A DNA stretch of 64,000 nucleotides from an uncultured virus (IMG/VR IMGVR_UViG_3300047312_000104) (IMGVR_UViG_3300047312_000104), one strand, 5' to 3'; shown: positions 1-10,755, numbered from the stretch's first letter. Made by a program: numbers and translations. Notes: generated by a model from the letters alone, not told the origin.

Positions 1-2208
1 AGTCGTGATGTCTGAAGGTGCCCCAGCCGCGGCTGCTGAAACGTCCAACCCGGTCTTCTCCACGATGTCCTGGATACGCCGGTCTTTCTCAGGTATCCCG
101 AGCTTGTTGATACTCGATTCGGCTTCTTCTAGTTTCTTCCTGGCCGACGCTTTCTGTTCATCGGTAGAGTTTCCACTCACGATACCCAGGATGGCGTCCG
201 ACCGAGACTGGGTGGCCTGGATGAATGATTCTTTGTCTTCATCACTGAAGCCGCTCACCATATCAGCGACTTCTTTAGACATCCCAAATCCCATCGACTC
301 GAAAGCATCTTCGATCGAGTGAATTTTACCGGCCGACATCCGGACTAGAGGACCCTGGTTGAGCCCTTCGGTGGACTGTAGGAATTCACGACGTTTCGTA
401 ACTGCGTCCATCCTCGCCACGTCTCGCTCGGTTCGTTCCTTACCACCGTGAGTACGGTCAGCGGTTCCCCGGAGAGCATCCAGTACACCGATCTCGGCCG
501 CGCCTCCACCGGTCTGGGCCGCGAAGTACTGATCAACCGCCGCAACACCAAACTTAGCCACCATCTCGTCTTTGGTGGCGGTACCAGAGTGGAACATCGC
601 ATCTAACTCTTGAAGGCCCTTCTCGCCAATTGTGTTGAACAATTGATTGATTGGGTTGGCGGGACCTAACTCGGCCCGGCGAGCATTAACGACCATACGA
701 GAAGCTGTTGCTGCCTGATCTATACCCGCGCCGGTATCGGCCCTTCTGGCCCGTTCGTTGAATACCTGCTGTTCCGCCTCCGAGGTAAACTGAAACCTGA
801 ACGCCGCTTTGTTTTCTTCGCCACCCTCACCGCGCATGATCTGATTCAGTCTCTCGGAGTACCTCTGGGCCCCTACTCCAGTAGGGTCATCTTGGGCGGC
901 CTTCTTGAGTGCGCGCAATTCCTGTTTCGATGATTCTGAAAATGTTGCCTCGGCCTTAGCTTCCGCTTCCGTGTACCCGGCGGCCCCGTAGGCACTGAGG
1001 ACCTGTTCGGTTCTTGATGTAGCGAGATCGATTGCTCGCTGGTCAACCGATCTGCCGGCCTTTACCCCAAGATCCTTAGCGAACCTGCCACTGGCTGCCG
1101 CCATGGCTGCCGCCTGGGTATTGTATAGAAGCGATCCACCATTCTGGGCCTGGAGGGCGCGACCGGCATTCAGCAGATTCTGGGTAGTGGTTCCGGCCGC
1201 CTGCCCGAGTGATTCCAACTCACGAAGTAGCTTCGTGATCGCACTCGACTCACCTTCGTTACCGGCCCTGAGCCCCATCTGCTGCATCATAGCTAGTGTC
1301 TCGCCTGTCCCGAGGCCAGTCATGCCCTGGAGCTGACGACCAATCTTGGCCTGGAGGGATCCGGCCCGGAGGAGGCCTTCGGCGTCTACGGATTGTTGCG
1401 ACTCGATGTCCAGCTGACGACGTTCCGCCGCGTCCAGGCCGGCCCGGTGACGCCCACCGAACTTTTCCTGAAGGATCCGGTGCTGGGCCTTCATATGAGC
1501 GTCCCGGCGGTCGAACCCCTCGTCCGACAAACCCTCATCGGCGGCGAATTCGGTAAATGACGCGAAGTCGTCGAACGAGAACCCGTGGGTGAACTGTTCG
1601 TTACGGAACTTCCCACCTGGACCACTTGATCCAAGCCGCGTCAGGGTGCCCCGCATGGCATCCATGGCCCCGCTGTTGATCTGTCCACCCTGGGCCCGCA
1701 TGGCAGCCGCGTTGACCATCCGGCGTCCGCCCATGGCCGTGATGGTTGTGGGCGACAAGGCACTCATGAGTTCACTGGCCATCTCTGGGGCCATGATGGA
1801 CATGACCGGGACCGCCATCTGGGTGAACTGGTCGGCCGCTGATCCTCTCTGGAATCCTAATCCGGTCGAGATCTGCTGTCCGGTCAACCCGAACCCAAAC
1901 CTCATCGTCTCCTGCATGATCTGGCGCTGACGAGCCATCAGGAACGGGTTGGCCCCTGCGTTGGACTGAAGACGCGCGGCCAACTGAGGCAGCCCCAGCT
2001 GCATCATCATGTCGCCGCTCATCCCCATGGCACCCATCATGGGGCCCAATTGAGATAAGGTCTGGCCGAGGCTGAACCCCTGGGCCGGATCGTTCATTCC
2101 CCAGACAGACGTCCGAGGTACGTAGTTTTGTGTCCCCGTCCCGATCCCTTGGGAACCGGCTAGCCGCAGGATCATTTGCAGCATCTGCGTCGGGTCAGCC
2201 TCAGCCAC
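1..2208 (-). CDS. Tape-measure-like protein (runs off window start, >736 aa)
   Basis: Not in the ORF track. Frame from GTG at 2208 (MAEADPTQMLQMILRLAGSQG...) shows no stop at either end where I translated it; Ala/Gly/Gln/Met-rich; follows tail chaperone-like genes. Confidence 0.6.
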   Translation of the reverse strand, partial: MAEADPTQMLQMILRLAGSQGIGTGTQNYVPRTSVWGMNDPAQGFSLGQTLSQLGPMMGAMGMSGDMMMQLGLPQLAARLQSNAGANPFLMARQRQIMQETMRFGFGLTGQQISTGLGFQRGSAADQFTQMAVPVMSIMAPEMASELMSALSPTTITAMGGRRMVNAAAMRAQGGQINSGAMDAMRGTLTRLGSSGPGGKFRNEQFTHGFSFDDFASFTEFAADEGLSDEGFDRRDAHMKAQHRILQEKFGGRHRAGLDAAERRQLDIESQQSVDAEGLLRAGSLQAKIGRQLQGMTGLGTGETLAMMQQMGLRAGNEGESSAITKLLRELESLGQAAGTTTQNLLNAGRALQAQNGGSLLYNTQAAAMAAASGRFAKDLGVKAGRSVDQRAIDLATSRTEQVLSAYGAAGYTEAEAKAEATFSESSKQELRALKKAAQDDPTGVGAQRYSERLNQIMRGEGGEENKAAFRFQFTSEAEQQVFNERARRADTGAGIDQAATASRMVVNARRAELGPANPINQLFNTIGEKGLQELDAMFHSGTATKDEMVAKFGVAAVDQYFAAQTGGGAAEIGVLDALRGTADRTHGGKERTERDVARMDAVTKRREFLQSTEGLNQGPLVRMSAGKIHSIEDAFESMGFGMSKEVADMVSGFSDEDKESFIQATQSRSDAILGIVSGNSTDEQKASARKKLEEAESSINKLGIPEKDRRIQDIVEKTGLDVSAAAAGAPSDITT

Positions 2209-2566
2209 TGATTAGATCCTTTCCAAAGACCGCATACCACAGCGCAATGGCATCAAGAGGGTCGCTCGTCATATTCTGCTTTCCGGGCAGTCCGAGCCAA
2301 GGCAAAGCCCTTGCCTGGAAGCGGTTTACGGCCTCGATCGCATAATTTTGACGGTACTCGGCCGATTGGCCCAAATCGCTCATCCCCTGAACCCCTGTGG
2401 CTCTCAGGGCTTGGAGCTCCAGCACCCTTAAGGACAATTGCTGTTCAATCCCCTGAAGCTTCAGGAAAGCTCCCTGCCACCACCTAGATGTCCCATCACA
2501 TGCCTTGAAATCAATGGCGCCGGACGCCGAGGCTTGCAGCATCAGCTGCCGGAGTCGGCTTTCCAA
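2201..2566 (-). CDS. Tail assembly chaperone, second ORF (lambda T-like; probably reached by -1 frameshift)
   Basis: Overlaps the end of 2542..3366 in the -1 frame at GGATTTTTGG; sits directly before the tape-measure-like gene. Confidence 0.5.
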   Translation of the reverse strand: MESRLRQLMLQASASGAIDFKACDGTSRWWQGAFLKLQGIEQQLSLRVLELQALRATGVQGMSDLGQSAEYRQNYAIEAVNRFQARALPWLGLPGKQNMTSDPLDAIALWYAVFGKDLISG

Positions 2567-3366
2567 AAATCCGGCGTATCGGCTGCTATGGTCAACCGAG
2601 CCACCAGCGATTCGAACTTAACCCCCTGCTTCATCACGGTGACCAGCAGGGACTGGGGGAGCTCCATAAGGTTCTGGTACGCTACCCCGATGGAGGTCAG
2701 GTGGGCCTCCGGGACGGCCTTTTCGTCGAACGGCTTAAACCGCTTCGGTACATCTTCTCCGAATCGAATTTCAGTCAAGGCACCAACGATCCTGTAGCTG
2801 CCGTATCGACCAAACCGCTGTTCAACCGCCTCCATGGTCATAGGAGCCCCGCTCCCGATCCGCTTTTCGTCCGCCCATGACTGATCCTGACAGATCGATT
2901 CCTCGGCACCGGTCCTAGTCTGATACGTCACCTTGACCGCACCGCCGAATAGCATGTAGGACTTGGTGAACCTGGCTCCCATGAGGTGGGCCAGGAACTG
3001 CATCTTGTCCGCGTGCTCGATCGGATCCTCTTTCGGCTTCCCCACCCAGTCCGGGTTAGCTTCCAGTTCGGCCTTCTCGGCAGCGGCTTCGGCCGCAGCC
3101 CCACCATCAGCCGAGGCCGTCTTGGTAGTCCCAGTGGTATCGGTGGTGACGAAACTGCTCTGTAGTTTTGCCGCAGCCTCCAACCGCTCCTTCACCCCGG
3201 CCGGCATTTCCGGCACGAGATTCTTCGGGATTGGGGCAGCGGTGGCCGTGTCTGCCTTGGGGGCATCCAGCACCTTGCCGTTTTCAATTCGTCCCAGGGC
3301 TTCCAGGGCGTCGAGTTCATCAGCGGTCAAATCGTCGACCGTTTCTGGTTTAGAGGCTTGGCTCAT
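2542..3366 (-). CDS. Putative tail assembly chaperone (lambda G-like)
   Basis: 274 aa, acidic N-terminus, ends PDFWK..., upstream of tape-measure-like gene. Confidence 0.5.
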   Translation of the reverse strand: MSQASKPETVDDLTADELDALEALGRIENGKVLDAPKADTATAAPIPKNLVPEMPAGVKERLEAAAKLQSSFVTTDTTGTTKTASADGGAAAEAAAEKAELEANPDWVGKPKEDPIEHADKMQFLAHLMGARFTKSYMLFGGAVKVTYQTRTGAEESICQDQSWADEKRIGSGAPMTMEAVEQRFGRYGSYRIVGALTEIRFGEDVPKRFKPFDEKAVPEAHLTSIGVAYQNLMELPQSLLVTVMKQGVKFESLVARLTIAADTPDFWKADSGS

Positions 3367-5699
3367 TCGTTCCCAATCAGGTAATTTTTGTCTAGCGGGG
3401 TTAAGGTTGGTGGCGGGAGGGCGTCGGAGCCATCCTCGTGCGGGATCGGGAGACCGGTCTCTAGATCGAGATAACGATCGTGCTCATTCAGCTGGTACGT
3501 GGCCTGGACCGACCACGCCTCATACCCCGGGGATGGGGCAGTGGAACGGTTATCCCCTGACAGGGATACGACCGGTTTTTCAGCCCAAGGTTTCGTGAGA
3601 CCCTTCCTGGCTCTGCGTGAGATGGCCTGCCAGAGTGTCTCGGGAAGTTTAAATGCCCCGGCGGCGTTGGTCCTGAGCTGCTCCGATGTGGCAAAACTAA
3701 ACCCAACCAGGGACCCTAGGGCACGATTCAACGGTAACTTAGCGGTCAAGGTCGCGCCGATTCCCTTGGCGACACTCTGTAGATTCTTGACCAATCCCTG
3801 GATGGCCCCCTGGATGGCTGCTCTCGTTGCCCTGGCGGCGTTGTCGACCGACTTATCCCCAGGGGATGCCGGTCCCACGGCAGAACCGGAGACTGACCCA
3901 CCAGCGGCGATCGATTCGCTGACAATAAGCGATCCATCAAAGAATCCGCCCCCGAGGGCCACCACTTGGTCCCCGACAACGAGTTGACCAGGGACGATAC
4001 ATTCGGTTTCGGTGAACGCGTATCCCCCGGCCCCTTGGTCGTCCTTGAAGACGAAAAGTCCATCGGTGAGTTCGAGTTCACATTGGGTCGCAAGACCGAT
4101 GATTGCCCCGTTGGAGCGCAACACGATGTCTTGATCGGTCGCATCCAAGGCAACTCTTGAGGCGGTGCAATACAGGCCAGTGGCTGATTTAACCAGCACT
4201 CCACCGACATTCTGATCTGTCCCGGTCCCGACCACTAGTCCTTCGTTGGTAGCCTTTGATTCGATCAGAACTCCGCCTTGGCCGCCATTACCGCCTAAGA
4301 GTCCCAACTGGGTCTCGGCCTTGATCGATACCCGACCTTCGTTGGCCGCAAGATCGACGTGTCGCCCGCTCTTGACCGAGCAGTCATTTCCAGCGATCCC
4401 GACCAGGTTACGTCCAGGAGCCATGATGATATCATGCGGGCAACTGAGCATGATGTTGCCGCCCCCCATGAGGATCTGGGAGTGGTGAGCATCTTGGATT
4501 AGAACTGACCCATCTGGATTTAGACAGACGAGAGATTCCCCAACGTAGAAAGTTTTCGATTTCTCGATTGGATCAATCTGGATCTCAAACGAGCGCGGGA
4601 GCGAGCGCCACATCTGCGGGTCATATGACGAATGGAGGGTATCTTGCGCATCGGCGCCTGGCAACCATTGGACAGGAAGCCGATCAAATCCACCGCGACC
4701 CCTGACTGACAGTTCAGATTCAACGGTATCGAGAACATGCTGGAGCCATGAAATTCCATCTTGAGCCGACGGAATTTCATGGATGGTTGGGGCTGGTTCG
4801 ACGAGAACTTTTTGCCGCGCGTCGTCTGGATCAAGAGGCTGGTCGCCCAACAAAACACCATCGTCCGGCGCGCTCGATTCCTCGGGAACCTGAACGGCAA
4901 CAGAACGACGCAGGATTACTGCACGGGCGCTCGTGAACGCTAGGGTTCCATCGAGGCCACGGAACTCGTGCGACAGGGCCCCCCTGGGGATACCCGGCTG
5001 GCCCGCCGGAGCGACGAAGCGGTGTTCGCCGCCGTGGACCGCTCCACTGACCTGTAACTCTCTGGCTAGAGAGTTCTGGATTGATTCATCCGGGTAGAGA
5101 GTTCTCGATTTAACGTTGACGATCGAATTACCGTGACGACGGTCGTAGTCGGACTGGGCCAGAGTCATGAACTCGTAATCGAGGCCAGTGATACGAGTCA
5201 GGTCGTCGAAGCATGTCACGCCCGTCATGGGGGACCCGCGGATCCAACTCCTGAACAGTTCGACCCCTACCCCTGGACCATGCGGAGAAGCGATCGACCA
5301 CTCCCCGTTGCAGAGGTCCTTCATGGTATCGGTCGGGTGGTTGGTAATTCCCTCCACCCCTAGCTCGTACAGGCGCCCACTCAACCCCACCCCAAGCCTG
5401 AACCCGGATACTTGTGGGTATACGGCGAACTGCTGGGGGTCGTTGGCGGCATCAGCTGGCCATCCCGGTATAACCGGTCCAAGGATCTGACAGTCTTGTT
5501 CCCCTACCCCGAAGAGGACCCAGACGAATGTACCGGGCTGGAGCCCGCCCGACCCCATGACCCCGCCGGGGCTCGAAGGGAAGCCCAAGAAGGTCCCCGA
5601 GTACCTGCCGTAATCCGTTAGAACATCATATGATCCGGTCGCCTGGAAGGCTCCACAGACCTTGCCAATCGTTACCTTAAACGGCTCGTAGGCTTTCAC
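3363..5699 (-). CDS. Baseplate spike, gp5/VgrG-like
   Basis: N-terminal OB-fold-like segment (PGTFVWVLFG...ILG) and beta-helix-like repeats (LVGIAGNDCSVKSGRHVDLAANEGRVSIKA); tail module context. Confidence 0.55.
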   Translation of the reverse strand: MKAYEPFKVTIGKVCGAFQATGSYDVLTDYGRYSGTFLGFPSSPGGVMGSGGLQPGTFVWVLFGVGEQDCQILGPVIPGWPADAANDPQQFAVYPQVSGFRLGVGLSGRLYELGVEGITNHPTDTMKDLCNGEWSIASPHGPGVGVELFRSWIRGSPMTGVTCFDDLTRITGLDYEFMTLAQSDYDRRHGNSIVNVKSRTLYPDESIQNSLARELQVSGAVHGGEHRFVAPAGQPGIPRGALSHEFRGLDGTLAFTSARAVILRRSVAVQVPEESSAPDDGVLLGDQPLDPDDARQKVLVEPAPTIHEIPSAQDGISWLQHVLDTVESELSVRGRGGFDRLPVQWLPGADAQDTLHSSYDPQMWRSLPRSFEIQIDPIEKSKTFYVGESLVCLNPDGSVLIQDAHHSQILMGGGNIMLSCPHDIIMAPGRNLVGIAGNDCSVKSGRHVDLAANEGRVSIKAETQLGLLGGNGGQGGVLIESKATNEGLVVGTGTDQNVGGVLVKSATGLYCTASRVALDATDQDIVLRSNGAIIGLATQCELELTDGLFVFKDDQGAGGYAFTETECIVPGQLVVGDQVVALGGGFFDGSLIVSESIAAGGSVSGSAVGPASPGDKSVDNAARATRAAIQGAIQGLVKNLQSVAKGIGATLTAKLPLNRALGSLVGFSFATSEQLRTNAAGAFKLPETLWQAISRRARKGLTKPWAEKPVVSLSGDNRSTAPSPGYEAWSVQATYQLNEHDRYLDLETGLPIPHEDGSDALPPPTLTPLDKNYLIGNE

Positions 5700-5739
5700 T
5701 CTCTAGACCGTATCAGGCTTGGGAGACTGAACAAGAGGC

Positions 5740-5768
5740 TGGCGTAGCTGAATAGTTTTGCTACGCCA
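5740..5768. terminator. Hairpin after tail tube gene (possible weak terminator or processing stem)
   Basis: TGGCGTAGC-N11-GCTACGCCA inverted repeat; poor U-tract. Confidence 0.35.
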
Positions 5769-5803
5769 ACCCACGGTTGGCCGGTTTACTGGCGGCTAAC
5801 CTA

Positions 5804-6256
5804 TTAGGCCAGTAGTCCAGTGAACGTAACGGCAATCGACGAATCGATCACGAAGTTAGCCACTTGCGAACCCAAGGTGAAGTTCGTCACCACAGGGCTC
5901 TCAAGAGTGATCGTTCCGCCGTCTTTGCTGGTACAGGTATTGTTGACTGCACTCAGGGAGATAACGCGAGAAGTCGCGGTACAGATGTCTGCGAGGTTAC
6001 GCGTGAGCTGGTCAACCAGCCCCTGGGGACCGACGATGCGCTGAAGCTGTGCCTGACCCTCGACGTGTCCTTCGATGAAATACTGGTTCAAGGAACCGAT
6101 TTCGTAGACGCGTGTGATTTGACGCATGTAGGACAGGTTTATGGCCTGCACAAGCGCGCCCCGGAAATCTCCGGTGCCGCCGCCAAGCGAAAGAGCAAAA
6201 GTTGTACCCTTGAAGGTACCAGCCAGTTTGCTGTCGATGCCGTAAATGTCCGCCAC
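5804..6256 (-). CDS. Tail tube protein
   Basis: 150 aa, beta-rich, 'ITRVYEIGS' motif, immediately downstream of sheath. Confidence 0.7.
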   Translation of the reverse strand: MADIYGIDSKLAGTFKGTTFALSLGGGTGDFRGALVQAINLSYMRQITRVYEIGSLNQYFIEGHVEGQAQLQRIVGPQGLVDQLTRNLADICTATSRVISLSAVNNTCTSKDGGTITLESPVVTNFTLGSQVANFVIDSSIAVTFTGLLA

Positions 6257-6275
6257 GGTTTAGTCCTTCTTTGAC

Positions 6276-8948
6276 TTAGACGACGAGATCAAGGATTCCG
6301 TTGTTCAACGGAATGGGGAGTTGCAGCTGCATTCTTGCCACAACGGTATCGAGCAGAGTCGCATGCGGACGCAGGAAGATCAGAGAGCTGTTCGTTCCGA
6401 TCTGACCCCCGAGGGCGGTCGTGGTCAGCGAGGTCTTAAGGAAATTAAGACCAGCGTTGGCGTCAGCGATCAGTCCGTCGATGTTCGAAGGAACCACGTT
6501 CGACTTACCAATCTTCGGGGCGAAGAGAGCCTTGAAGTAGTAAGAGATCGAGTCGAGGTTGGTCGTCGCGGAGTCTTCAGCGTGCTTGGTATCGGACAGG
6601 TCGGTGGTGAGCTGCTTACGAACATACACCTGACCGTCGGGCGACTGGGTCACGATATAGCCGCCGAAGTTGGCGACCGTGTCCAGTAGTTCCGCGTAGG
6701 TTTCCGTACAGTCGCTCATGTCGTCCCAATCCGCCACCGCGGCATTCGTGAGACCCTGGTGAGGAGACGAAGCTCCTCTGAGGGCCGCGAGCGAACACGC
6801 GAGGAAGTATCCGGGGACCTTCTGGCCAACTCGTCCAGGAGTAGCCGGGAACTCGCTGGTAACACGACGGTTACTGCGAGCCTGGGTTCTGGTACCCCAG
6901 TCGGTGATCTGCTCGGCGGGCGTCAGCGCGCGCCAAACTTCATACTTGGATGCCACATTGACGGCCGTACCGGGTCCGGCCAAGAGCAGAAGGCGCTGTT
7001 CGGAAATGATCGAATCAACCACGAACGAGCTATAGGTGTCGCCACCGAACCCGTCAGCCGTGAAGAGCGCACGGAGTTCGTCCCCAGCCCTCACGCCCTT
7101 GGTGATGAACTGACCAGCGGCATCGTACACGAGCGTGTACTGGGTCCCGGTGGTACCCGGGTCGTCCGTGATGGTAGCAGCCTGAGAGCCGCCCCCAACG
7201 ATCTCTGCCTCGGTCGGGATCGCGAGCGACATCATGCACGTGGCCCAACGTCCAACCGTCGTGCCCGAGCGGGATTCCGCGACACTGATGGTGGCGTCGA
7301 TGATGGCCTCGTCATGGGTCAGGGGGACGAAACGATAAACGTCTTCCCGTTCCTTGAGTTTGGCCAGGGCGGTGTTGTAGCCGGCCAGGTCATCCGTCGC
7401 AACCGTGATGACCTTGATGGTCGTCCCGGCGGCGTTCGAGAGAGCCCGGTAGGCGCCGTAGGAAGCCACGGTGTCGGGGTCATCGAGACCGGAGAGATTC
7501 GCGAGGAGATCCGCCGTGGTGGCGATATCCAGAACCTTGTTAGCACTGGCCGTCCGGAGGGCCCGGTAGGTCGTATAGGCAGAACCGGTCAGGATTTCGA
7601 GGTCAGTCGCAGGAACACGGTCGTCAGTGGTCAGGATACCAGCCTTGAGGGTCAGCTGAGTGGCCGACTGGCTCCAGTTGACCAGAGGAGCGTGACCGGT
7701 CCGGTGAGCCGGAACCAGAACGTCCTTCACGAGGGCGATTTCAACGTTCAGGGTCGCGGCGAGAAGGCCGGACTGTAGGTCATTAGCGAGCTGGAGCGTA
7801 TGGATAGCACCAGTGGAAGCTGCCGTTACAACCAGCGTGTACTGGTCGCCAATGACGAGCTTGGTGCCGGTAAAGGTAACCGTTACGCCGAAGTTGCCGA
7901 TCACCACCGGGGTGGCGGTCGTGACCGTGTGGGGTCCGGACGAGTCCGAACCATCAGCAGTCGAAACCATGATCTGGGCAACACCCGAAAGGCCACCCTT
8001 GGTGACACGGATCAGATAGGTGGTGTCGGTCGTACCCGTGTAGGTGCCGGCCTGGCCCAAGGTCGGGCGCGTGAACGTTTCATCAACATCCACCACGAAG
8101 AGGTCGCCAAGGACCCAGTCGTCACCAGAACCGCCATGGTTGAATCGAACCTGAGCGCCGCGCGAACCAATGTCCGCCAGGGTGTTGACCGCAGGGGTCA
8201 CATACATGACCGGGTCAGTCCCGGACAAGCTCGTTACCTTCAACTGGACGGTAGTCCAATCACCGGCGTTACCGGTTCCTTCGGCACCAACCGCCACCAC
8301 CTCAAGGGTGTAGGATTCGGTCAGTTGTCCGTGGGGTCCAACATTCTCACCCTGGTAATCGGCAGGGTTGGCAGCCGTGGTAACGTCTGCCACAGCAGTA
8401 CCGGTGTTACCGCCATCGGGAGTAGCGGAGGAGCTACCGGCATCAGTCGGCAGGTTACCGGCGTCGATCGCCAAGCTGCCGATTGAAGATGCAACGATGT
8501 CAGCGATGAGGGCCGTGACAGAACTCACCTGAGTGGTCGAACCAATCGAGCAACGAACCCAGTCACCAACCTTAACATCAGTCGCGACCGAACCCGATCG
8601 GGCAAAGGACCCGTTGGTGGCCCAGCTGAGGGTCGGGGAGGCGATCCGGTTGTCGTGATCCGTTACCGATTCGGTATCGGAGTTGTCAGTGTGGTAGAGG
8701 CACGCGGCCGAGTCGATCCGGACCTGGGTGAAGGCCTGATCGACAACTTCGCCGGCCAACCGGCCGGGCCACGAGACCGCTAGATCAGCGTCGTCGTATG
8801 TGCCCAACGAGACCAAGCTCTTGCCGTTCTCGTACTTACGGACTGCATAGTCGGGCCCGATCAGGAGTGCCCTGAGGGCATTCGTGGTCGCGTCAGGGGT
8901 CTGCTCGAAGATCTGATTGATCTGAAACTGCGGTACGACCTGGACCAT
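6276..8948 (-). CDS. Tail sheath protein with inserted beta-rich domains
   Basis: 890 aa; sheath-like C-terminus (GYFLACSLAALR...PHQGLTN; VRKQLTTD...EDSATTNLDSISY; LPIPLNNGILDLVV). Confidence 0.75.
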   Translation of the reverse strand: MVQVVPQFQINQIFEQTPDATTNALRALLIGPDYAVRKYENGKSLVSLGTYDDADLAVSWPGRLAGEVVDQAFTQVRIDSAACLYHTDNSDTESVTDHDNRIASPTLSWATNGSFARSGSVATDVKVGDWVRCSIGSTTQVSSVTALIADIVASSIGSLAIDAGNLPTDAGSSSATPDGGNTGTAVADVTTAANPADYQGENVGPHGQLTESYTLEVVAVGAEGTGNAGDWTTVQLKVTSLSGTDPVMYVTPAVNTLADIGSRGAQVRFNHGGSGDDWVLGDLFVVDVDETFTRPTLGQAGTYTGTTDTTYLIRVTKGGLSGVAQIMVSTADGSDSSGPHTVTTATPVVIGNFGVTVTFTGTKLVIGDQYTLVVTAASTGAIHTLQLANDLQSGLLAATLNVEIALVKDVLVPAHRTGHAPLVNWSQSATQLTLKAGILTTDDRVPATDLEILTGSAYTTYRALRTASANKVLDIATTADLLANLSGLDDPDTVASYGAYRALSNAAGTTIKVITVATDDLAGYNTALAKLKEREDVYRFVPLTHDEAIIDATISVAESRSGTTVGRWATCMMSLAIPTEAEIVGGGSQAATITDDPGTTGTQYTLVYDAAGQFITKGVRAGDELRALFTADGFGGDTYSSFVVDSIISEQRLLLLAGPGTAVNVASKYEVWRALTPAEQITDWGTRTQARSNRRVTSEFPATPGRVGQKVPGYFLACSLAALRGASSPHQGLTNAAVADWDDMSDCTETYAELLDTVANFGGYIVTQSPDGQVYVRKQLTTDLSDTKHAEDSATTNLDSISYYFKALFAPKIGKSNVVPSNIDGLIADANAGLNFLKTSLTTTALGGQIGTNSSLIFLRPHATLLDTVVARMQLQLPIPLNNGILDLVV

Positions 8949-9024
8949 GTGCGGGTTCTCTCTACTGTCAGGTTACGATTAAAAGATTAAGGCGCTAGGA
9001 GGAGGGTGCCAGCGACTTCGGGGG

Positions 9025-9741
9025 TTATTCGGTCTGAATGTCAAGCGAACGCAGCCGCGGGGCCAGGGGCTTAACCCCCCACCCGTACTCGTATTTGAAC
9101 TCTGCCACGACTGGGATGCCGATCCGGTTCCCCATCCCCTCTAGGACCCCCTGCTCGCCTAATCCGGTCACTTGGAAGTCGTGGAAGGGCAGCCGTTCAA
9201 CCAGCACCGGGGCCAGGAAGGTCAGGGCGTCGAATACCTCAAGGGCCAGCGCTTCCGCCTCCCCCGAGGTCTCTGAAATGCAAAAGACTTTAATGGACCC
9301 AGTGTGGAACCTTACGTACCCCTGGAGCCCGCTAGTCACATCGGTGAGGTCGGTGGATTCGTTCCTGTCCCCCATGGATCTACGTTCACTGGAGAACTGC
9401 CCACGCTTGACGATCAGGGCCGGGAGTTTTCCAGCCTGGGTGGGGTCGAATAAGGTATTGGGGACAATACGGATTTGGGTATCGGGCCCAGAGGCTGACC
9501 AGACGTATTGCCTAAGGGCCGGATCCATGATCTGACCAGGGTCCCCAAAATGACCCTTGAGGAGCTGCATCACCACCCCGGTCGAAATCGCAGGGCTCAT
9601 GCCGTATTGGCATAATGACCTGATATGTTCCAGGTTAGTCGACTGGGTCAGCGGGTCCGTAGACCCCGGGGTCACGGGGGTATTGAGATCTACCTGGGTT
9701 CCTCCGCCGACTGGATCGGGCGGGCAAGTCTCGTTCGCCAT
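9025..9741 (-). CDS. Putative tail terminator/completion protein
   Basis: 238 aa between neck and sheath genes; 'KLPALIVKRG' segment typical of this position. Confidence 0.45.
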   Translation of the reverse strand: MANETCPPDPVGGGTQVDLNTPVTPGSTDPLTQSTNLEHIRSLCQYGMSPAISTGVVMQLLKGHFGDPGQIMDPALRQYVWSASGPDTQIRIVPNTLFDPTQAGKLPALIVKRGQFSSERRSMGDRNESTDLTDVTSGLQGYVRFHTGSIKVFCISETSGEAEALALEVFDALTFLAPVLVERLPFHDFQVTGLGEQGVLEGMGNRIGIPVVAEFKYEYGWGVKPLAPRLRSLDIQTE

Positions 9742-9742
9742 A

Positions 9743-9946
9743 TCAGGTGAACTTAAACTTAGGGGTGATCTGGTGCGTTGGGAGTACCTTAGAGAGGTCT
9801 AGAGGTGGTTTAGCCTCGTGGGCGTATGTCTGGACCGGGCTTGGGACCACGGGGGCGGCCTCCGGCTTAACCTCGGGGACCGTGGCTGCCTTGGGGGCCT
9901 CTGTTTCCTGCCCCTTCTTCTTACGGAATACTCGTTTTTCCTTCAC
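9743..9946 (-). CDS. Small hypothetical protein
   Basis: 67 aa ORF filling the gap with coupled start/stop. Confidence 0.45.
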   Translation of the reverse strand: MKEKRVFRKKKGQETEAPKAATVPEVKPEAAPVVPSPVQTYAHEAKPPLDLSKVLPTHQITPKFKFT

Positions 9947-10755
9947 GCGGTGGGGACCTCGTACACGATGCTGGAGAGCGGTAACTGTTCGAGGTGCAGA
10001 TTGAGCACCACGTCGACCCCGCGGTGGCGGGCCTGGACCACCACGTCGCCGTCAATCCTGAACCGTTTGTTGGTTGCCGCCTGGACCCAAATGTCGTCCC
10101 CCTCGGGAGCGGGCCACGCGAGACCCCTGACGGTTTCCATCACGACGGTCCTCAACCCCTCGTCCCCCATGATCTTCTTGAGACGCTGGGTTGGGTTTTG
10201 TATAACCCAGTACTCATCGGCCGGATAGTAGCCTCCTACTATCCCGGTTCCGAAACAGACGAGGCAATGAGCATCCTTGATCTCGCCCGTGTTGGGATCA
10301 ACACAGTCTGGACACGGGTCACCCCAGGCCCTGCGCTTTAGCAAAAATCCCTTGGTCCCGCCCCTCTTACGCTGGACTAGCGTTTCCTTACGGATGATCT
10401 CGCGCATGAGACGCCAGTCGTAGTGGGACCACGACATATCCATCGAGACCGGCTGAGACGTGTACTTGACCCCGTTCCCATCCGTGAGGACTACCCGGTA
10501 GAAAGTCGAATGTTCGAATTGACCAAAGATCGGGTGGTGGTCGTACAGCCACGGCTGGTCTGTGGTGGTCGAGATATCGACCCACTGGTCGTCTGTAGAA
10601 GCGTGACCGCGCTGGAGCAAAAACTGATACGGGCCGGGCTGGGTAAACGACGGAGCCAGAGCCCAAGAGACCAGCACAGCCTGCTTAGTAATAACGTTAA
10701 AATGGTTCTCGACCGTCAATCGCTTGAACGGTCTTTCGTTGGAAGCTTCGACCAC
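9943..10755 (-). CDS. Putative head-closure/neck protein with Zn-finger insertion
   Basis: CPDC...CLVCFGTG cysteine pairs; between adaptor and tail terminator. Confidence 0.5.
   Translation of the reverse strand: MVEASNERPFKRLTVENHFNVITKQAVLVSWALAPSFTQPGPYQFLLQRGHASTDDQWVDISTTTDQPWLYDHHPIFGQFEHSTFYRVVLTDGNGVKYTSQPVSMDMSWSHYDWRLMREIIRKETLVQRKRGGTKGFLLKRRAWGDPCPDCVDPNTGEIKDAHCLVCFGTGIVGGYYPADEYWVIQNPTQRLKKIMGDEGLRTVVMETVRGLAWPAPEGDDIWVQAATNKRFRIDGDVVVQARHRGVDVVLNLHLEQLPLSSIVYEVPTA

Noticed and set aside
3363..8948. Type VI secretion or extracellular contractile injection system
   Set aside because: Sheath, tube and spike co-occur with capsid, protease, portal and neck genes, indicating a phage tail
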